Numbered from the stretch's first letter, positions 8,370 through 18,052 are shown. The stretch: DNA of 64,000 bases from Longimicrobiales bacterium (GCA_963664435.2 CAXXKM010000002.1:672001-736000), one strand, 5' to 3'. Made by a program: numbers and translations. The notes: generated from the sequence alone by a model not told the origin.

Positions 8370-9128
8370 ATGAAATGCCCACAATGCGGCGTGAACGCCG
8401 CCGGCAAGTTCTGCGCGGAATGCGGGGCGGCCATCCGTGAGCCGTCGTGCCCCTCCTGTGGGGAGACGGCCCCGGCGGGCGCGTCGTTCTGCATCTTCTG
8501 CGGCACACCCCTCCGGCGCCGCCGGCCGGCGGCGGCCAGCGCGGGCGGCAGGAGGGTGCTGTGGGCCAGCGGCGTGTTCGCCGGCGTATTGATCATCGGC
8601 GCCGGGTACTGGGCGCTGGAACGGGATGATCCGGGCGATGCTCCGCCCCCCGACCCCGCGGCGGGCCTGGTGCCCGCTGCCGGGGCGCCTCCGGATCTGA
8701 GCTCCATGACGCCGCGGGAGGCCGCGGATCGGCTGTACGATCGAATCATGCGGGCCGCGTCCGCCGGGGACACCGCCGAGGCGCTGGCATTCCTGCCGAT
8801 GGCCCTTGACGCCTACGACCTGACGGTCCCTCTGGATGCGGATGGCCACTACCACGTGTCCCTGCTGCACGCTCTGGGCGCGGACTACGAGATGGCGCGG
8901 GAGGCGGCCGAGCGGGCGCTGGCCGACACGCCCAACCACCTGCTCCTCCTGGGCGCGGCGGCGCGGGCGGCCGCCGAACTCGGCGACGATGACCGAGCCA
9001 ACGGCTATTACGCTCGATTCCGGGGGGCGTGGGACAGCGAACAGGCGCGCGGGCTCGAAGAGTACTCCATGCACGCCATCCCGCTCGCGGAGATGAGGGA
9101 GGCGGCAGAGGCGCGAGCCGGTGGGTAG
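8370..9128 (+). CDS. Double zinc-ribbon / TM / TPR-like protein
   Basis: Four CxxC pairs (CPQC, CAEC, CPSC, CIFC), a hydrophobic TM segment and a helical TPR-like C-terminus. Confidence 0.75.
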   Translation: MKCPQCGVNAAGKFCAECGAAIREPSCPSCGETAPAGASFCIFCGTPLRRRRPAAASAGGRRVLWASGVFAGVLIIGAGYWALERDDPGDAPPPDPAAGLVPAAGAPPDLSSMTPREAADRLYDRIMRAASAGDTAEALAFLPMALDAYDLTVPLDADGHYHVSLLHALGADYEMAREAAERALADTPNHLLLLGAAARAAAELGDDDRANGYYARFRGAWDSEQARGLEEYSMHAIPLAEMREAAEARAGG

Positions 9129-9179
9129 TGCCGAAGAACGTCGGCCGGCACTGCAGTCGGGCGGGAGCATCGGCCCCTC

Positions 9180-10355
9180 GTGATCGACTCCCCCCTGGCG
9201 CTGCTCGCGACCATTGCGGGCGTGGTGGTGCTCGCCCTGTGGCTGGAGCGTCGCCGGGTGCCGGGGCTCTGGAAGCTGGGAGCCACCCTGCTCGCGATCG
9301 CCATCGGCGGAGTTCTCTCCAACGTGGGGCTCGTGCCCCCGGCTTCGCCCATCTACCAGGCCATCACGGGCACCGTGACCGACTTGGCCATCGTGTGGCT
9401 GCTCCTCGCGGTCAACCTGGCCGACCTGCGGAAGGCGGGCGGGACCATGCTGGTCGCGTTCGGCATCGCGGTGGTGGGCACGGCCCTGGGGGCGTTTGCG
9501 GGGGCGTTCCTGTTCGGAGGCGCGATCGGCGAGGAGACGTGGAAGCTTGCGGGGGCGCTCACGGGAACGTATTCGGGAGGATCACTGAACTTCACCGCGG
9601 TAAGCCGGGCAGTCGACATGTCCGATGCCCTCTTCGTGGGCGCCACCGCCGCGGACAACGTCGTCACCGGACTCTGGCTGGCGGCGTGCGTGGTGCTGCC
9701 CCGGTGGATCGGGCGGTACTACCCGGCGCCGCCATCATCGCCAGACGCCCCGCCGGCCTCGCCCTCGAACCACCCCGGCCGCGATCCCGATCTTTCCGAC
9801 GACGAATCCGCGCATCCGCTCTTCGCGGGCGCCTCGGTTTCCACTCATCAGCTGGCGATTCTCGTCGCGGCAGGGCTCGCGATCATGATCGCGTCGCGGG
9901 TCCTCGCGACCGTCACCCCCGCAATCAACCCGGTGCTCTGGCTCACCACCCTGGCCCTTGCCACGGGCCACGCCATGCCATCCGGCGCGAAACGGGGCGC
10001 GCTCCAGCTCGGCAACCTCGCACTGCTGTTCTTCTTCGTGGTGATCGGCATCTACTCCCGGATCGCCGAAGTGCTTGCCGTGGGTGTCCAGGTGCTCTTC
10101 TACGCCCTCTTCGTCGTCGCCGTCCACGGCGTGCTGGTCTTCCTGGCGGGCCGCTTCCTGCGCGTGGACATCGGCACGCTGTGCGTGGCTTCCCAGGCCT
10201 CGGTGGGAGGACCCGGAAGCGCGCTGGCGGTAGCGGTAGCCGGGGGCTGGCGATCGCTCATTCTGCCCGGTATTCTGGTGGGTCTGCTGGGCTACGCCCT
10301 GGGCACGTACGCAGGTATGGGCATCGCGCAGGCGTTGCGGGGATTCGGCTTCTAG
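9180..10355 (+). CDS. DUF819 family integral membrane protein
   Basis: About 10 TM segments; GTYSGGSLNF, ADNVV, ASQASVGGP motifs. Confidence 0.85.
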   Translation: MIDSPLALLATIAGVVVLALWLERRRVPGLWKLGATLLAIAIGGVLSNVGLVPPASPIYQAITGTVTDLAIVWLLLAVNLADLRKAGGTMLVAFGIAVVGTALGAFAGAFLFGGAIGEETWKLAGALTGTYSGGSLNFTAVSRAVDMSDALFVGATAADNVVTGLWLAACVVLPRWIGRYYPAPPSSPDAPPASPSNHPGRDPDLSDDESAHPLFAGASVSTHQLAILVAAGLAIMIASRVLATVTPAINPVLWLTTLALATGHAMPSGAKRGALQLGNLALLFFFVVIGIYSRIAEVLAVGVQVLFYALFVVAVHGVLVFLAGRFLRVDIGTLCVASQASVGGPGSALAVAVAGGWRSLILPGILVGLLGYALGTYAGMGIAQALRGFGF

Positions 10356-10566
10356 AGCTGCGCCGCACAGGTGCGCTCCGTTGCCGTAGAAAGCGTCTGG
10401 GTTTTATCATTCCACGCTACGCAACGGGACGCGCGCATCGCGCCGGACCCCGACATAAAGACCCTTCGCGGGCCCGCGTTGCCGGCGGACCCAAACCAGC
10501 CAGGACTGCGATCCCGGGGGCCGATCCGGGTCCGGCTCAAGGGAACGAGCGACGGAGAACTCGAGG

Positions 10567-11688
10567 TTGAGCCAGCCCCTCAAAGCCTGGACAGGATACG
10601 CGCCGGCGCGCAAGGACACGGGCACCGTCACGCCCAAGGGCTCTTCCCGCATCCGCGCGCACGATGGCCTCGCCACCATATCCCCGAGCGACCGCAAGCC
10701 GTCCTGGCTGAAGGTGCGTTCTCCCGGGGGACCGAACTACCTGCGGCTGAAGCGCCTCATGCGCAGCCAGGCGCTTCACACCGTGTGCGAGGAGGCGGGC
10801 TGCCCCAACATCGGCGAATGCTGGGAGGCCGGCACCGCCACCTTCATGATCCTGGGTGATGTCTGCACGCGCGCGTGCAAGTACTGCGCTGTCGCCCACG
10901 GACTGCCGACCGTGCTGGACCGGGACGAACCCCGGCGTGTCGCGGATACCGTGGCCGCAATGGACCTCGAGCACGTCGTGATCACCAGCGTGAACCGCGA
11001 TGAGCTGCCGGACGGCGGGTCCGCCATCTATGCAGAGACCATTCGCCGCATCGGCGACCGCCTTCCCGCATGCTCGGTCGAGGTGCTGATCCCGGACTTC
11101 AAGGGGGACGAAGACGCCCTGGCGACGGTTCTGGCCGCTCGACCGGCGATCCTCGGGCACAACCTGGAGACCGTCGAACGGCTCCACCCGGAGGTGCGCC
11201 CGGGAGGCCGCTACTGGCGCTCGATCTCCTTCCTCGGAGCTTCCAAGCGCCTCGCGCCGCACATCCTGACGAAGACGGGCATCATTCTGGGGATGGGGGA
11301 GCGCGCATCCGAGATCCGGCAGGCGATGAGCGACCTTCGCGAGGCCGGTGTCGACATTCTCACCCTGGGCCAGTATCTCCGTCCGTCGCTTCAGCACATC
11401 CCCGTTGCCCGCTGGGTTACGCCGCAGGAATTCGAAGACTGGAAGCGGATCGGCGAGGAAGGATTCGGCTTCCGCCACGTGGAGTCGGGTCCCCTGGTCC
11501 GCTCCAGTTATCATGCCAAGGACCAGGCGCGCCAGGTATCCGCCGGCGCAGCGGGTTCGATTCGGCACGTGCAGGAGGCCGATCTTCCCGCGCCCGCTGA
11601 GGTGCCGGGGCTCAGGCTGGTGCAGATCGAGACGAGGCGTTCCGCGAGAGACGGAACGGAGGGAGGGGAGGTGGCACATGCCCGATAG
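10567..11688 (+). CDS. lipA: Lipoyl synthase
   Basis: CEEAGCPNIGECW, CTRACKYC radical SAM motif, HNLETV, GPLVRSSYHA. Confidence 0.96.
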   Translation: MSQPLKAWTGYAPARKDTGTVTPKGSSRIRAHDGLATISPSDRKPSWLKVRSPGGPNYLRLKRLMRSQALHTVCEEAGCPNIGECWEAGTATFMILGDVCTRACKYCAVAHGLPTVLDRDEPRRVADTVAAMDLEHVVITSVNRDELPDGGSAIYAETIRRIGDRLPACSVEVLIPDFKGDEDALATVLAARPAILGHNLETVERLHPEVRPGGRYWRSISFLGASKRLAPHILTKTGIILGMGERASEIRQAMSDLREAGVDILTLGQYLRPSLQHIPVARWVTPQEFEDWKRIGEEGFGFRHVESGPLVRSSYHAKDQARQVSAGAAGSIRHVQEADLPAPAEVPGLRLVQIETRRSARDGTEGGEVAHAR

Positions 11689-12742
11689 CGCCGTGCGGGA
11701 CGCATCCAGGTCCGCCGCTCCGCCTTTCATCGAAGGCTTTCCGGCCGAACAGGTGCTTGGCTTCCTGCGCGAGATGCTCATATACCGGCGATTCGAGCAG
11801 GAGGCGGAGGAGGCATACGCGATCGGCAAGATCGGGGGCTTCTGCCACCTGCATACCGGGCAGGAAGGGGTGGCGCTGGGCTTCATCGGGCCGCTCCGCC
11901 CCGACGACTATGCCCTTTCGGCCTACCGGGAACACACCCTGGCGCTCGCCAAGGGCATCTCCGCGCGCGCGGCCATGGCCGAGTTGTACGGGCGGGCGGG
12001 CGGCTGTTCCGGCGGCAAGGGCGGCTCGATGCACCTCTTCTCGGCGAAGCACAACTTCATGGGCGGATGGGGCATCGTCGGGGGCCAGATTCCGCTGGCG
12101 ACCGGTCTGGGCTGGGCGATCCGCTACCGCGGGGAAGACCGGGTCTGCGTCTGCTTCCTGGGCGACGCGGCCGTCAACCAGGGCTCATTCCACGAGTCGC
12201 TCAACATGGCGGCCATCTGGAAGCTGCCGGTCATCTACGTCGTCGAGAACAACGGGTATGGCATGGGGACGGCGTTCAACCGCGTGACCACGACCCCCAT
12301 GGTCGAAAAATCGCGGGCGCACGGTATTCCCGCGCACTACGTTGACGGCCAGGATGTGCTTGCGGTCTGGCGGCTGATGGAAGACCTGCTGGAGCAGGTG
12401 CGCGACGGCGCCGGACCCCAGTTCGTGGACGCCGAAACGTATCGCTTCAAGGGCCATTCGATGTCCGATCCGGTGTCGGGCACGTACCGCAGCAAGGAGG
12501 AGGTCGAGTCGCGGGTCCGCGAAGACGACCCCATCGCCCATGTGCGCGATCTCCTGATCCAGAGCGGGCATCTCACGCGCGAGGGCCTCGAGCGCATGGA
12601 CGAGGAAGTGCGCGAGCTGGTCGCTGACGCCGCCGACTTCGCGGACCGCTCGCCGCTCCCCTCCGACGACAGCCTCCACGAATTCGTCTACAGCGACATG
12701 GACGTGCACGGCAGGCTCTTCTTCGATGGGCGGGGAGGCTGA
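11678..12742 (+). CDS. pdhA: Pyruvate dehydrogenase E1 alpha
   Basis: KIGGFCHL..GQE, GKGGSMH, GDAAVNQG..HESLN, YRFKGHSMSDP; ATG 11678 follows GGAGG. Confidence 0.93.
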   Translation: MPDSAVRDASRSAAPPFIEGFPAEQVLGFLREMLIYRRFEQEAEEAYAIGKIGGFCHLHTGQEGVALGFIGPLRPDDYALSAYREHTLALAKGISARAAMAELYGRAGGCSGGKGGSMHLFSAKHNFMGGWGIVGGQIPLATGLGWAIRYRGEDRVCVCFLGDAAVNQGSFHESLNMAAIWKLPVIYVVENNGYGMGTAFNRVTTTPMVEKSRAHGIPAHYVDGQDVLAVWRLMEDLLEQVRDGAGPQFVDAETYRFKGHSMSDPVSGTYRSKEEVESRVREDDPIAHVRDLLIQSGHLTREGLERMDEEVRELVADAADFADRSPLPSDDSLHEFVYSDMDVHGRLFFDGRGG

Positions 12743-12743
12743 G

Positions 12744-13724
12744 ATGGCGGTCATGACCTACCGGGACGCCCTCAACGAGGCGCTCGCGGAGGAGATGGAG
12801 CGCGACGACTCCGTTTTCCTCATGGGCGAGGAAGTCGCCGAGTACGATGGCGCCTACAAGGTGTCCCGGGGCCTGCTCGAGCGCTTCGGCGACGCACGGG
12901 TGGTGGACACGCCGATCAGCGAACTCGGCTTCGCCGGACTGGGCGTGGGCGCGGCCATGGCCGGGCTCCGGCCCGTCATCGAGTTCATGACCTTCAACTT
13001 CGCGTTCCTGGCCCTCGACCAGGTCATCAACAACGCGGCCAAGACCCACTACATGACCAACGGGCAGCTGCACGTGCCCATCGTCTTTCGCGGACCCAAC
13101 GGGGCGGCCCTGCAGCTCGCCGCGCAGCACTCGCAGGCGTGCGAGTCCTACTATGTTCACGCCCCGGGGGTCAAGCTGGTGAATCCGGCGACGCCGTCGG
13201 ATGCCAAGGGCCTGCTCAAGGCCGCGATTCGCGACGACGATCCGGTGGTCGTGATGGAATCCGAGATGCTCTACAACGCCCGCGGCGACGTTCCCGAGGG
13301 CGAGCACTTCGTACCTCTGGGCGTAGCCGATGTGAAGATGGAGGGTACGGACGTCACGATCGTCTCGCACGGGCAGATGGTCCATGTGGCGCTTCAGGCG
13401 GCCCGCATGCTCGAGAAGGAAGATGTTTCCGCCGAGGTGCTCGACTTGCGCTCGCTGCGTCCCCTGGACATGGAGGCGATTCTGCGCTCCGTCCACAAGA
13501 CCAATCGCGCGGTCTACGTGGAGGAAAGCTGGCCGTTCGTGGGCGTCGGCGCACAGATCGTCGCGCTGATCCAGGACGAGGGTTTCGACGATCTGGACGC
13601 GCCGGTGCAGCGGATCACCCAGGCGGACGTGCCCATGCCCTACGCCAGGAATCTGGAGAAGCAGTCGAAACCGGACGCGGCGCGGGTCGTGGACGCGTGC
13701 AGGAAGGTTCTCTACCGCAACTGA
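12744..13724 (+). CDS. pdhB: Pyruvate dehydrogenase E1 beta
   Basis: GEEVAEYDGAYKVS, DTPISELGFAG, EFMTFNF, AQHSQ, DLRSLRPLD. Confidence 0.95.
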   Translation: MAVMTYRDALNEALAEEMERDDSVFLMGEEVAEYDGAYKVSRGLLERFGDARVVDTPISELGFAGLGVGAAMAGLRPVIEFMTFNFAFLALDQVINNAAKTHYMTNGQLHVPIVFRGPNGAALQLAAQHSQACESYYVHAPGVKLVNPATPSDAKGLLKAAIRDDDPVVVMESEMLYNARGDVPEGEHFVPLGVADVKMEGTDVTIVSHGQMVHVALQAARMLEKEDVSAEVLDLRSLRPLDMEAILRSVHKTNRAVYVEESWPFVGVGAQIVALIQDEGFDDLDAPVQRITQADVPMPYARNLEKQSKPDAARVVDACRKVLYRN

Positions 13725-13782
13725 CCCTGGTCGCTCCATCCGACGCGTGGCAAACACCGATCCGACCACCCGAGGCTAGTCG

Positions 13783-15111
13783 ATGGCCACCAAAGTGCAC
13801 ATGGAAGCCCTCTCGCCCACCATGGAAGAGGGGCAGGTCGTCAGGTGGCTCAAGGCGGAGGGTGACCGGATCGCGGCCGGCGAACTGCTGGCCGAGATCG
13901 AGACCGACAAGGCGACCATGGAACTCGTTGCGCGCGGCGACGGCGTGTTGCGGGCCATCCTGCTGAACCAGGGACAGACGGCGCCCGTGGGAGACGTGAT
14001 CGCCGTCATCGCGGCCGATGACGAAGATGTGTCGGACCTGGTGGCGGCGGCGGCCCCGGCTTCGACGGCATCCCCGGCCACGGAGACCGAGGAGGAGCCT
14101 GTTCGGGCGGCAGCGCCTTCATCAACGGCTCCCACCAGCACGCCACCTCCCGGCACACCGCCTCCAACAACGCCGCCAGGTGGCCCGCAGCCCGCACCGC
14201 CGGTGGTCCAGGCGACCCTTCCGGCAGAGCCGGCTGCCGAGGCCCGCAAGGACGGTGAACGGCTGAGGGCGTCACCCCTCGCCCGCCGCCTGGCCCGGGA
14301 GGCCGGGCTCCGCCTGGAGGCGGTCGTAGGGTCCGGGCCCCGGGGCAGAATCGTCAAGCGGGACATCGAGGCCGCGCTGGCCGCCGGGACGGCGACGGCT
14401 CCCGCGCCCAGGCCGGACGTCCCGGGCGAGGATTTCGTGGACGTCCCGCTCACGCAGATACGCAAGACGATCGCGCGCCGGCTGGTCGAGTCCCTGGGGC
14501 CGGTGCCGCACTTCTTCCTCACGGCCGATGTCGACATGGCCCGGGCAACCGAGCTGCGCCAGCAGTTCAACGAGCTCGAGCTTGGCGCGCGCATCTCCTT
14601 CAACGACATCGTCATCAAGGCGACGGCGCTTGCGCTGGCCCGCCATCCCGAGTGCAACGCGTGGTGGGGTGGCGATCACGTCCGCAGACACAACCGCGTG
14701 CACATCGGCGTCGCGGTGGCCATCGACGACGGTCTCATTACTCCGGTGGTGCGGGATGCCCATGCGCGCCGGATCGCCGAAATGTCGAACGAGGTGAAGG
14801 AGCTGGCGGCCCTGGCGCGAGCGAAGCGGCTGACGCCGGAGCAGTACACGGGATCCACCTTCTCCCTCTCCAACCTGGGGATGTTCGGGATCGAGCAGTT
14901 CACCGGGGTCATCAACCCGCCCGAGGCCGGAATCCTGGCCGTGGGCGCGGTCGAGGATCGGCCGGTGGCGGCCGACGGTCAGGTCGTGGTGCGTCGTCGC
15001 ATGCGCATGACGATGAGCTGCGACCACCGGATCATCGACGGGGCCCAGGGCGCGCGCTTCCTCGCCACGCTGAAGGACATCCTGGAGAAACCGTTGAGCG
15101 TGCTGCTCTAG
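13783..15111 (+). CDS. pdhC: Dihydrolipoamide acetyltransferase (E2)
   Basis: Lipoyl domain EIETDKATME, E3-binding ASPLARRLA, catalytic SCDHRIIDG. Confidence 0.95.
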   Translation: MATKVHMEALSPTMEEGQVVRWLKAEGDRIAAGELLAEIETDKATMELVARGDGVLRAILLNQGQTAPVGDVIAVIAADDEDVSDLVAAAAPASTASPATETEEEPVRAAAPSSTAPTSTPPPGTPPPTTPPGGPQPAPPVVQATLPAEPAAEARKDGERLRASPLARRLAREAGLRLEAVVGSGPRGRIVKRDIEAALAAGTATAPAPRPDVPGEDFVDVPLTQIRKTIARRLVESLGPVPHFFLTADVDMARATELRQQFNELELGARISFNDIVIKATALALARHPECNAWWGGDHVRRHNRVHIGVAVAIDDGLITPVVRDAHARRIAEMSNEVKELAALARAKRLTPEQYTGSTFSLSNLGMFGIEQFTGVINPPEAGILAVGAVEDRPVAADGQVVVRRRMRMTMSCDHRIIDGAQGARFLATLKDILEKPLSVLL

Positions 15112-15177
15112 CAGGCCCGCAGACGAACTCCGCCCGGCGTTTGCGCGGGTCCGTCCCAGGAGCCGCCAGAGTTCCCG

Positions 15178-15738
15178 TCAGCCGGAGGCGGGTGCCTTCT
15201 TCAACCTGTCGAAGAACTTCGCCCGCGCTTTCGCGACCTTGGGCGCCACCACCGCGCGACAGTATCCCTGGCCCGGATTGCGAGCGAAGTAGTTGCGGTG
15301 ATAGGCCTCGGCGGGGAAGAACCGACCGGCCGGAACCAGCTCGGTCACGATCGGCGAACGCCACACTCCCTCGTCCTCGAGCCCCGCGATCACCTCGCGT
15401 GCCACCCCTTCCTGCTTCGCTGAATGATGGAAGATGGCCGAACGGTACTGGCTGCCCACGTCGGCTCCCTGGCGGTTCAGGGTGGTGGGATCGTGAATCG
15501 TGAAAAAGACCTGGAGCAGCTCCCGGAACGAGATCTCGTCCGGCGAGAACATGATGCGGACCACTTCGGCGTGCCCGGTGGAACCGGTGCAGACCTGCTG
15601 GTAGGTCGGCTGGCGCACGTGTCCGCCGGCGTACCCCGATTCCACCCGCCGCACGCCCCGCAACTCCAGGTATACCGCCTCCAGGCACCAGAAACATCCC
15701 CCGGCCAGCGTCGCGGTCTCGAGCCCCTTCTCGCTCAT
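15178..15738 (-). CDS. msrA: Peptide-methionine (S)-S-oxide reductase
   Basis: GGCFWC, GYAGG, GHAEVV, HDPTTLNRQG.DVG.QYRS, AEAYH.NY. Confidence 0.96.
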   Translation of the reverse strand: MSEKGLETATLAGGCFWCLEAVYLELRGVRRVESGYAGGHVRQPTYQQVCTGSTGHAEVVRIMFSPDEISFRELLQVFFTIHDPTTLNRQGADVGSQYRSAIFHHSAKQEGVAREVIAGLEDEGVWRSPIVTELVPAGRFFPAEAYHRNYFARNPGQGYCRAVVAPKVAKARAKFFDRLKKAPASG

Positions 15739-15923
15739 CTCGATCGGTCGCCTCCTTCAAGAGCCGTCTGCTTGCAGCTATTATTCGCCGCACTCGTTCC
15801 CCTCCCCGCGCCCGTGATCGCGGACGGATCCTTCCTGGAGAGGTTGCCGTGCTGCCGGAAGCCGTGAAGATGACCGCAGAGCGTCAGCGCTACAAGGGGA
15901 CTTGTGCGCGGGGAGGATTGTGG

Positions 15924-17249
15924 ATGGGCGGAGGACGCCTGCGCGCCCCGTGCCTGATGGCGGCGGCCATCGTCATTCCGGTGCTCTGGCTGGTTGGCTG
16001 CGCCGCCGTGCAACAGCCCCCCGCAGGCGGCGGATCGGTTGGGGCGGCCACGACCGTCGAATCGGGCCCGGCCGGCGGCCGCAACGACCCCCGCCATCTC
16101 GACAAGCCCTACGTGGTGGTGGTGTCGTTCGATGGTTTTCGGCACGACTACATCGAGAGGTTCGACACGCCCAACTTCGACCGCGTGGCGGCCGGGGGCG
16201 CTCGCGCCGATGGGCTGATCCCGGTTTTCCCTTCGCTGACCTTCCCCGCACACTACTCCATCGCAACCGGGCTCTATCCGGGAACCCATGGGCTGGTCGC
16301 CAACACCTTCCATGACCGGGAACTCGATCGCACCTATTCCCTCTCGGACCGGGAGACCGTGGAGGACGGGGAATGGTACGGAGGAGAGCCGATCTGGGTG
16401 ACCGCGGAGAAGCAGGGCATGGTGAGCGCGGCCTTCTATTTCGTCGGATCCGAAGCCGACGTACAGGACCTTCAGCCCAGTTACTGGAAGCGCTTCGACC
16501 CGATCATTCCCAACGAAGTGCGCGTCGATACGGTCCTGACCTGGCTTGCCCTTGCCGAGGAGGAGCGACCCCATCTCGTCTCCCTGTATTTCGCCGAAGC
16601 CGACTACGCCGGACACCGGTTCGGCCCCGGCGAGAGCCCGGAACTGGCACAGGCGGTCGCGCAGGTGGACCAGGCGCTCGGACGTCTCCTGGACGGTCTG
16701 GATGAACTTCCCCACGGCGACCAGGTCTTCGTCCTGCTGGTCTCCGACCACGGTATGAGCGAGGTCCTTTCCGAGGGGCACTACGCGGTCGACGAAATCG
16801 CGGACCTGTCCGGGGTTCGGCTGACGTCCGACGGAACCGTGGGCATTCTGTTCGTGGAGGGGGGCGAGGAGCGCATCGAGGAACTGCGCACACAACTCGA
16901 CGAGGGGATGCCGGAGGCGGAGGTCTACCGGCCCGGCGCAGCTCCAGAGCGACTTCGCCTCAAAGGTCATCCTCGCTTCGGGGATCTGGTGATCGTTCCG
17001 GAGGAGGGGTACACGATCGGCATCGGACCTCGCCGGGGCAGCAGCCGGGGGATGCACGGATGGGATCCCCGGGTCCGGTCCATGCACGGCATCTTCCTTG
17101 TTAAGGGGCCCGGCATCGAGGGGGGCACGCGGCTTCCCCCGATCGAAGGAGTGGACATCTATCCCTTCATGGCCCGGGTGCTCGGTCTCCAGCCTGCCGA
17201 CGGAATCGAGGGCGATCCGGAGGCGCTGGCGGGGTTGGGTCGCCGTTAG
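15924..17249 (+). CDS. Ectonucleotide pyrophosphatase/phosphodiesterase family lipoprotein
   Basis: SFDGFR, FPSLTFPAHYSIATGLYP..HG, D..GH, SDHGM, GMHGWD; LVGC lipobox; ATG 15924 follows GGAGG. Confidence 0.9.
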   Translation: MGGGRLRAPCLMAAAIVIPVLWLVGCAAVQQPPAGGGSVGAATTVESGPAGGRNDPRHLDKPYVVVVSFDGFRHDYIERFDTPNFDRVAAGGARADGLIPVFPSLTFPAHYSIATGLYPGTHGLVANTFHDRELDRTYSLSDRETVEDGEWYGGEPIWVTAEKQGMVSAAFYFVGSEADVQDLQPSYWKRFDPIIPNEVRVDTVLTWLALAEEERPHLVSLYFAEADYAGHRFGPGESPELAQAVAQVDQALGRLLDGLDELPHGDQVFVLLVSDHGMSEVLSEGHYAVDEIADLSGVRLTSDGTVGILFVEGGEERIEELRTQLDEGMPEAEVYRPGAAPERLRLKGHPRFGDLVIVPEEGYTIGIGPRRGSSRGMHGWDPRVRSMHGIFLVKGPGIEGGTRLPPIEGVDIYPFMARVLGLQPADGIEGDPEALAGLGRR

Positions 17250-17359
17250 GCGCAGCCTCCGAGCCGCTTTCGGGGGCACCTCGGAGGTGTGAGAATTCGG
17301 GCCGTGGCACCACGGGGCCGAGGGGCCGGTGGAGGTCCGTTTTTTCTGCCGACCTCCGC

Positions 17360-17389
17360 TTGACACGCTTCGCGGGATTGCTTTACCTT
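17360..17389 (+). promoter_or_regulatory. Sigma70-type promoter of the tRNA array
   Basis: TTGACA (17360-17365), 18-nt spacer, TACCTT (17384-17389), 11 nt before tRNA-fMet. Confidence 0.65.
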
Positions 17390-17400
17390 TCGCTTCTCGT

Positions 17401-17474
<74 letters not shown>

Positions 17475-17482
17475 CTTGAAAG

Positions 17483-17504
17483 CGCCGCCGAATGGCGGCG
17501 TTTT
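17483..17504 (+). terminator. Hairpin plus short U-tract after tRNA-fMet
   Basis: CGCCGCC-GAAT-GGCGGCG-TTTT; the U4 tail is weak. Confidence 0.5.
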
Positions 17505-17560
17505 CCACGTAGCAGGACGGTTTGACGCAGGCAACAACACAGGAGACCGAGGCGAAGATC

Positions 17561-17689
17561 ATGCCGGAAGCGACCGAAATCCGTCGGCCGTGGGCCTTCC
17601 AGAGGCCGGGCCGCGCGCGGGCGCTTCGCTGGTTTCCGTCCGATACGTGGTCGAGCCCTCGCGGGCGGGGAAGCGGGACTCGCCGGTAG
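17561..17689 (+). CDS. Putative leader peptide (42 aa) MPEATEIRRPWAFQRPGRARALRWFPSDTWSSPRGRGSGTRR
   Basis: AGGAG (17541-17545) and GAGG (17549-17552) upstream of the ATG; stop lies in the loop of an anti-terminator hairpin; codons match downstream tRNAs. Below the ORF-track size cutoff. Confidence 0.5.
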   Translation: MPEATEIRRPWAFQRPGRARALRWFPSDTWSSPRGRGSGTRR

Positions 17690-17713
17690 CCCCCGGCAGA
17701 CTCCCGACCCAGC

Positions 17714-17745
17714 CGCCCGCACCGAAAAGGTTCGGGCGTTTTTTT
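17714..17745 (+). terminator. Intrinsic terminator abutting tRNA-Phe (candidate attenuator)
   Basis: CGCCCG-c-ACC-GAAAA-GGT-t-CGGGCG followed by T7 (17739-17745). Confidence 0.8.
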
Positions 17746-17818
17746 GGCCAGGTAGCTCAGTTGGTAGAGCACGCGACTGAAAATCGCGGTGTCGGCGGTT
17801 CGATTCCGCCCCTGGCCA
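17746..17818 (+). tRNA. tRNA-Phe (GAA)
   Basis: Cloverleaf; CGCGA CTGAAAA TCGCG. Confidence 0.96.
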
Positions 17819-17861
17819 TCTACCGGCTCACCGGCCGGAGGATGGCCGGGTGTGTGCGCGG

Positions 17862-17934
17862 GGGTCCGTAGCTCAACTGGTAGAGCACCGGTCTCCAAAA
17901 CCGGGGGTTGGGGGTTCGAGTCCCTCCGGGCCTG
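17862..17934 (+). tRNA. tRNA-Trp (CCA)
   Basis: CCGGT CTCCAAA ACCGG; G73. Confidence 0.95.
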
Positions 17935-17950
17935 TACAACTGGGGGGAGA

Positions 17951-18022
17951 GCCCTCATCGTCTAACGGCTAGGACACCACTCTTTCAAGGTGGCGGTCGG
18001 GGTTCGATTCCCCGTGAGGGCG
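17951..18022 (+). tRNA. tRNA-Glu (TTC)
   Basis: CCACT CTTTCAA GGTGG. Confidence 0.95.
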
Positions 18023-18052
18023 TTTGGAAGGACGCGCCAAGAGCGCGAAACA

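Noticed and set aside
14040..14250. Pro/Thr/Ala-rich repeat-like stretch in pdhC
   Set aside because: Ordinary flexible E2 linker.
17501..17509. DnaA-box-like TTTTCCACG after tRNA-fMet
   Set aside because: Single imperfect box formed by a hairpin's U-tract.
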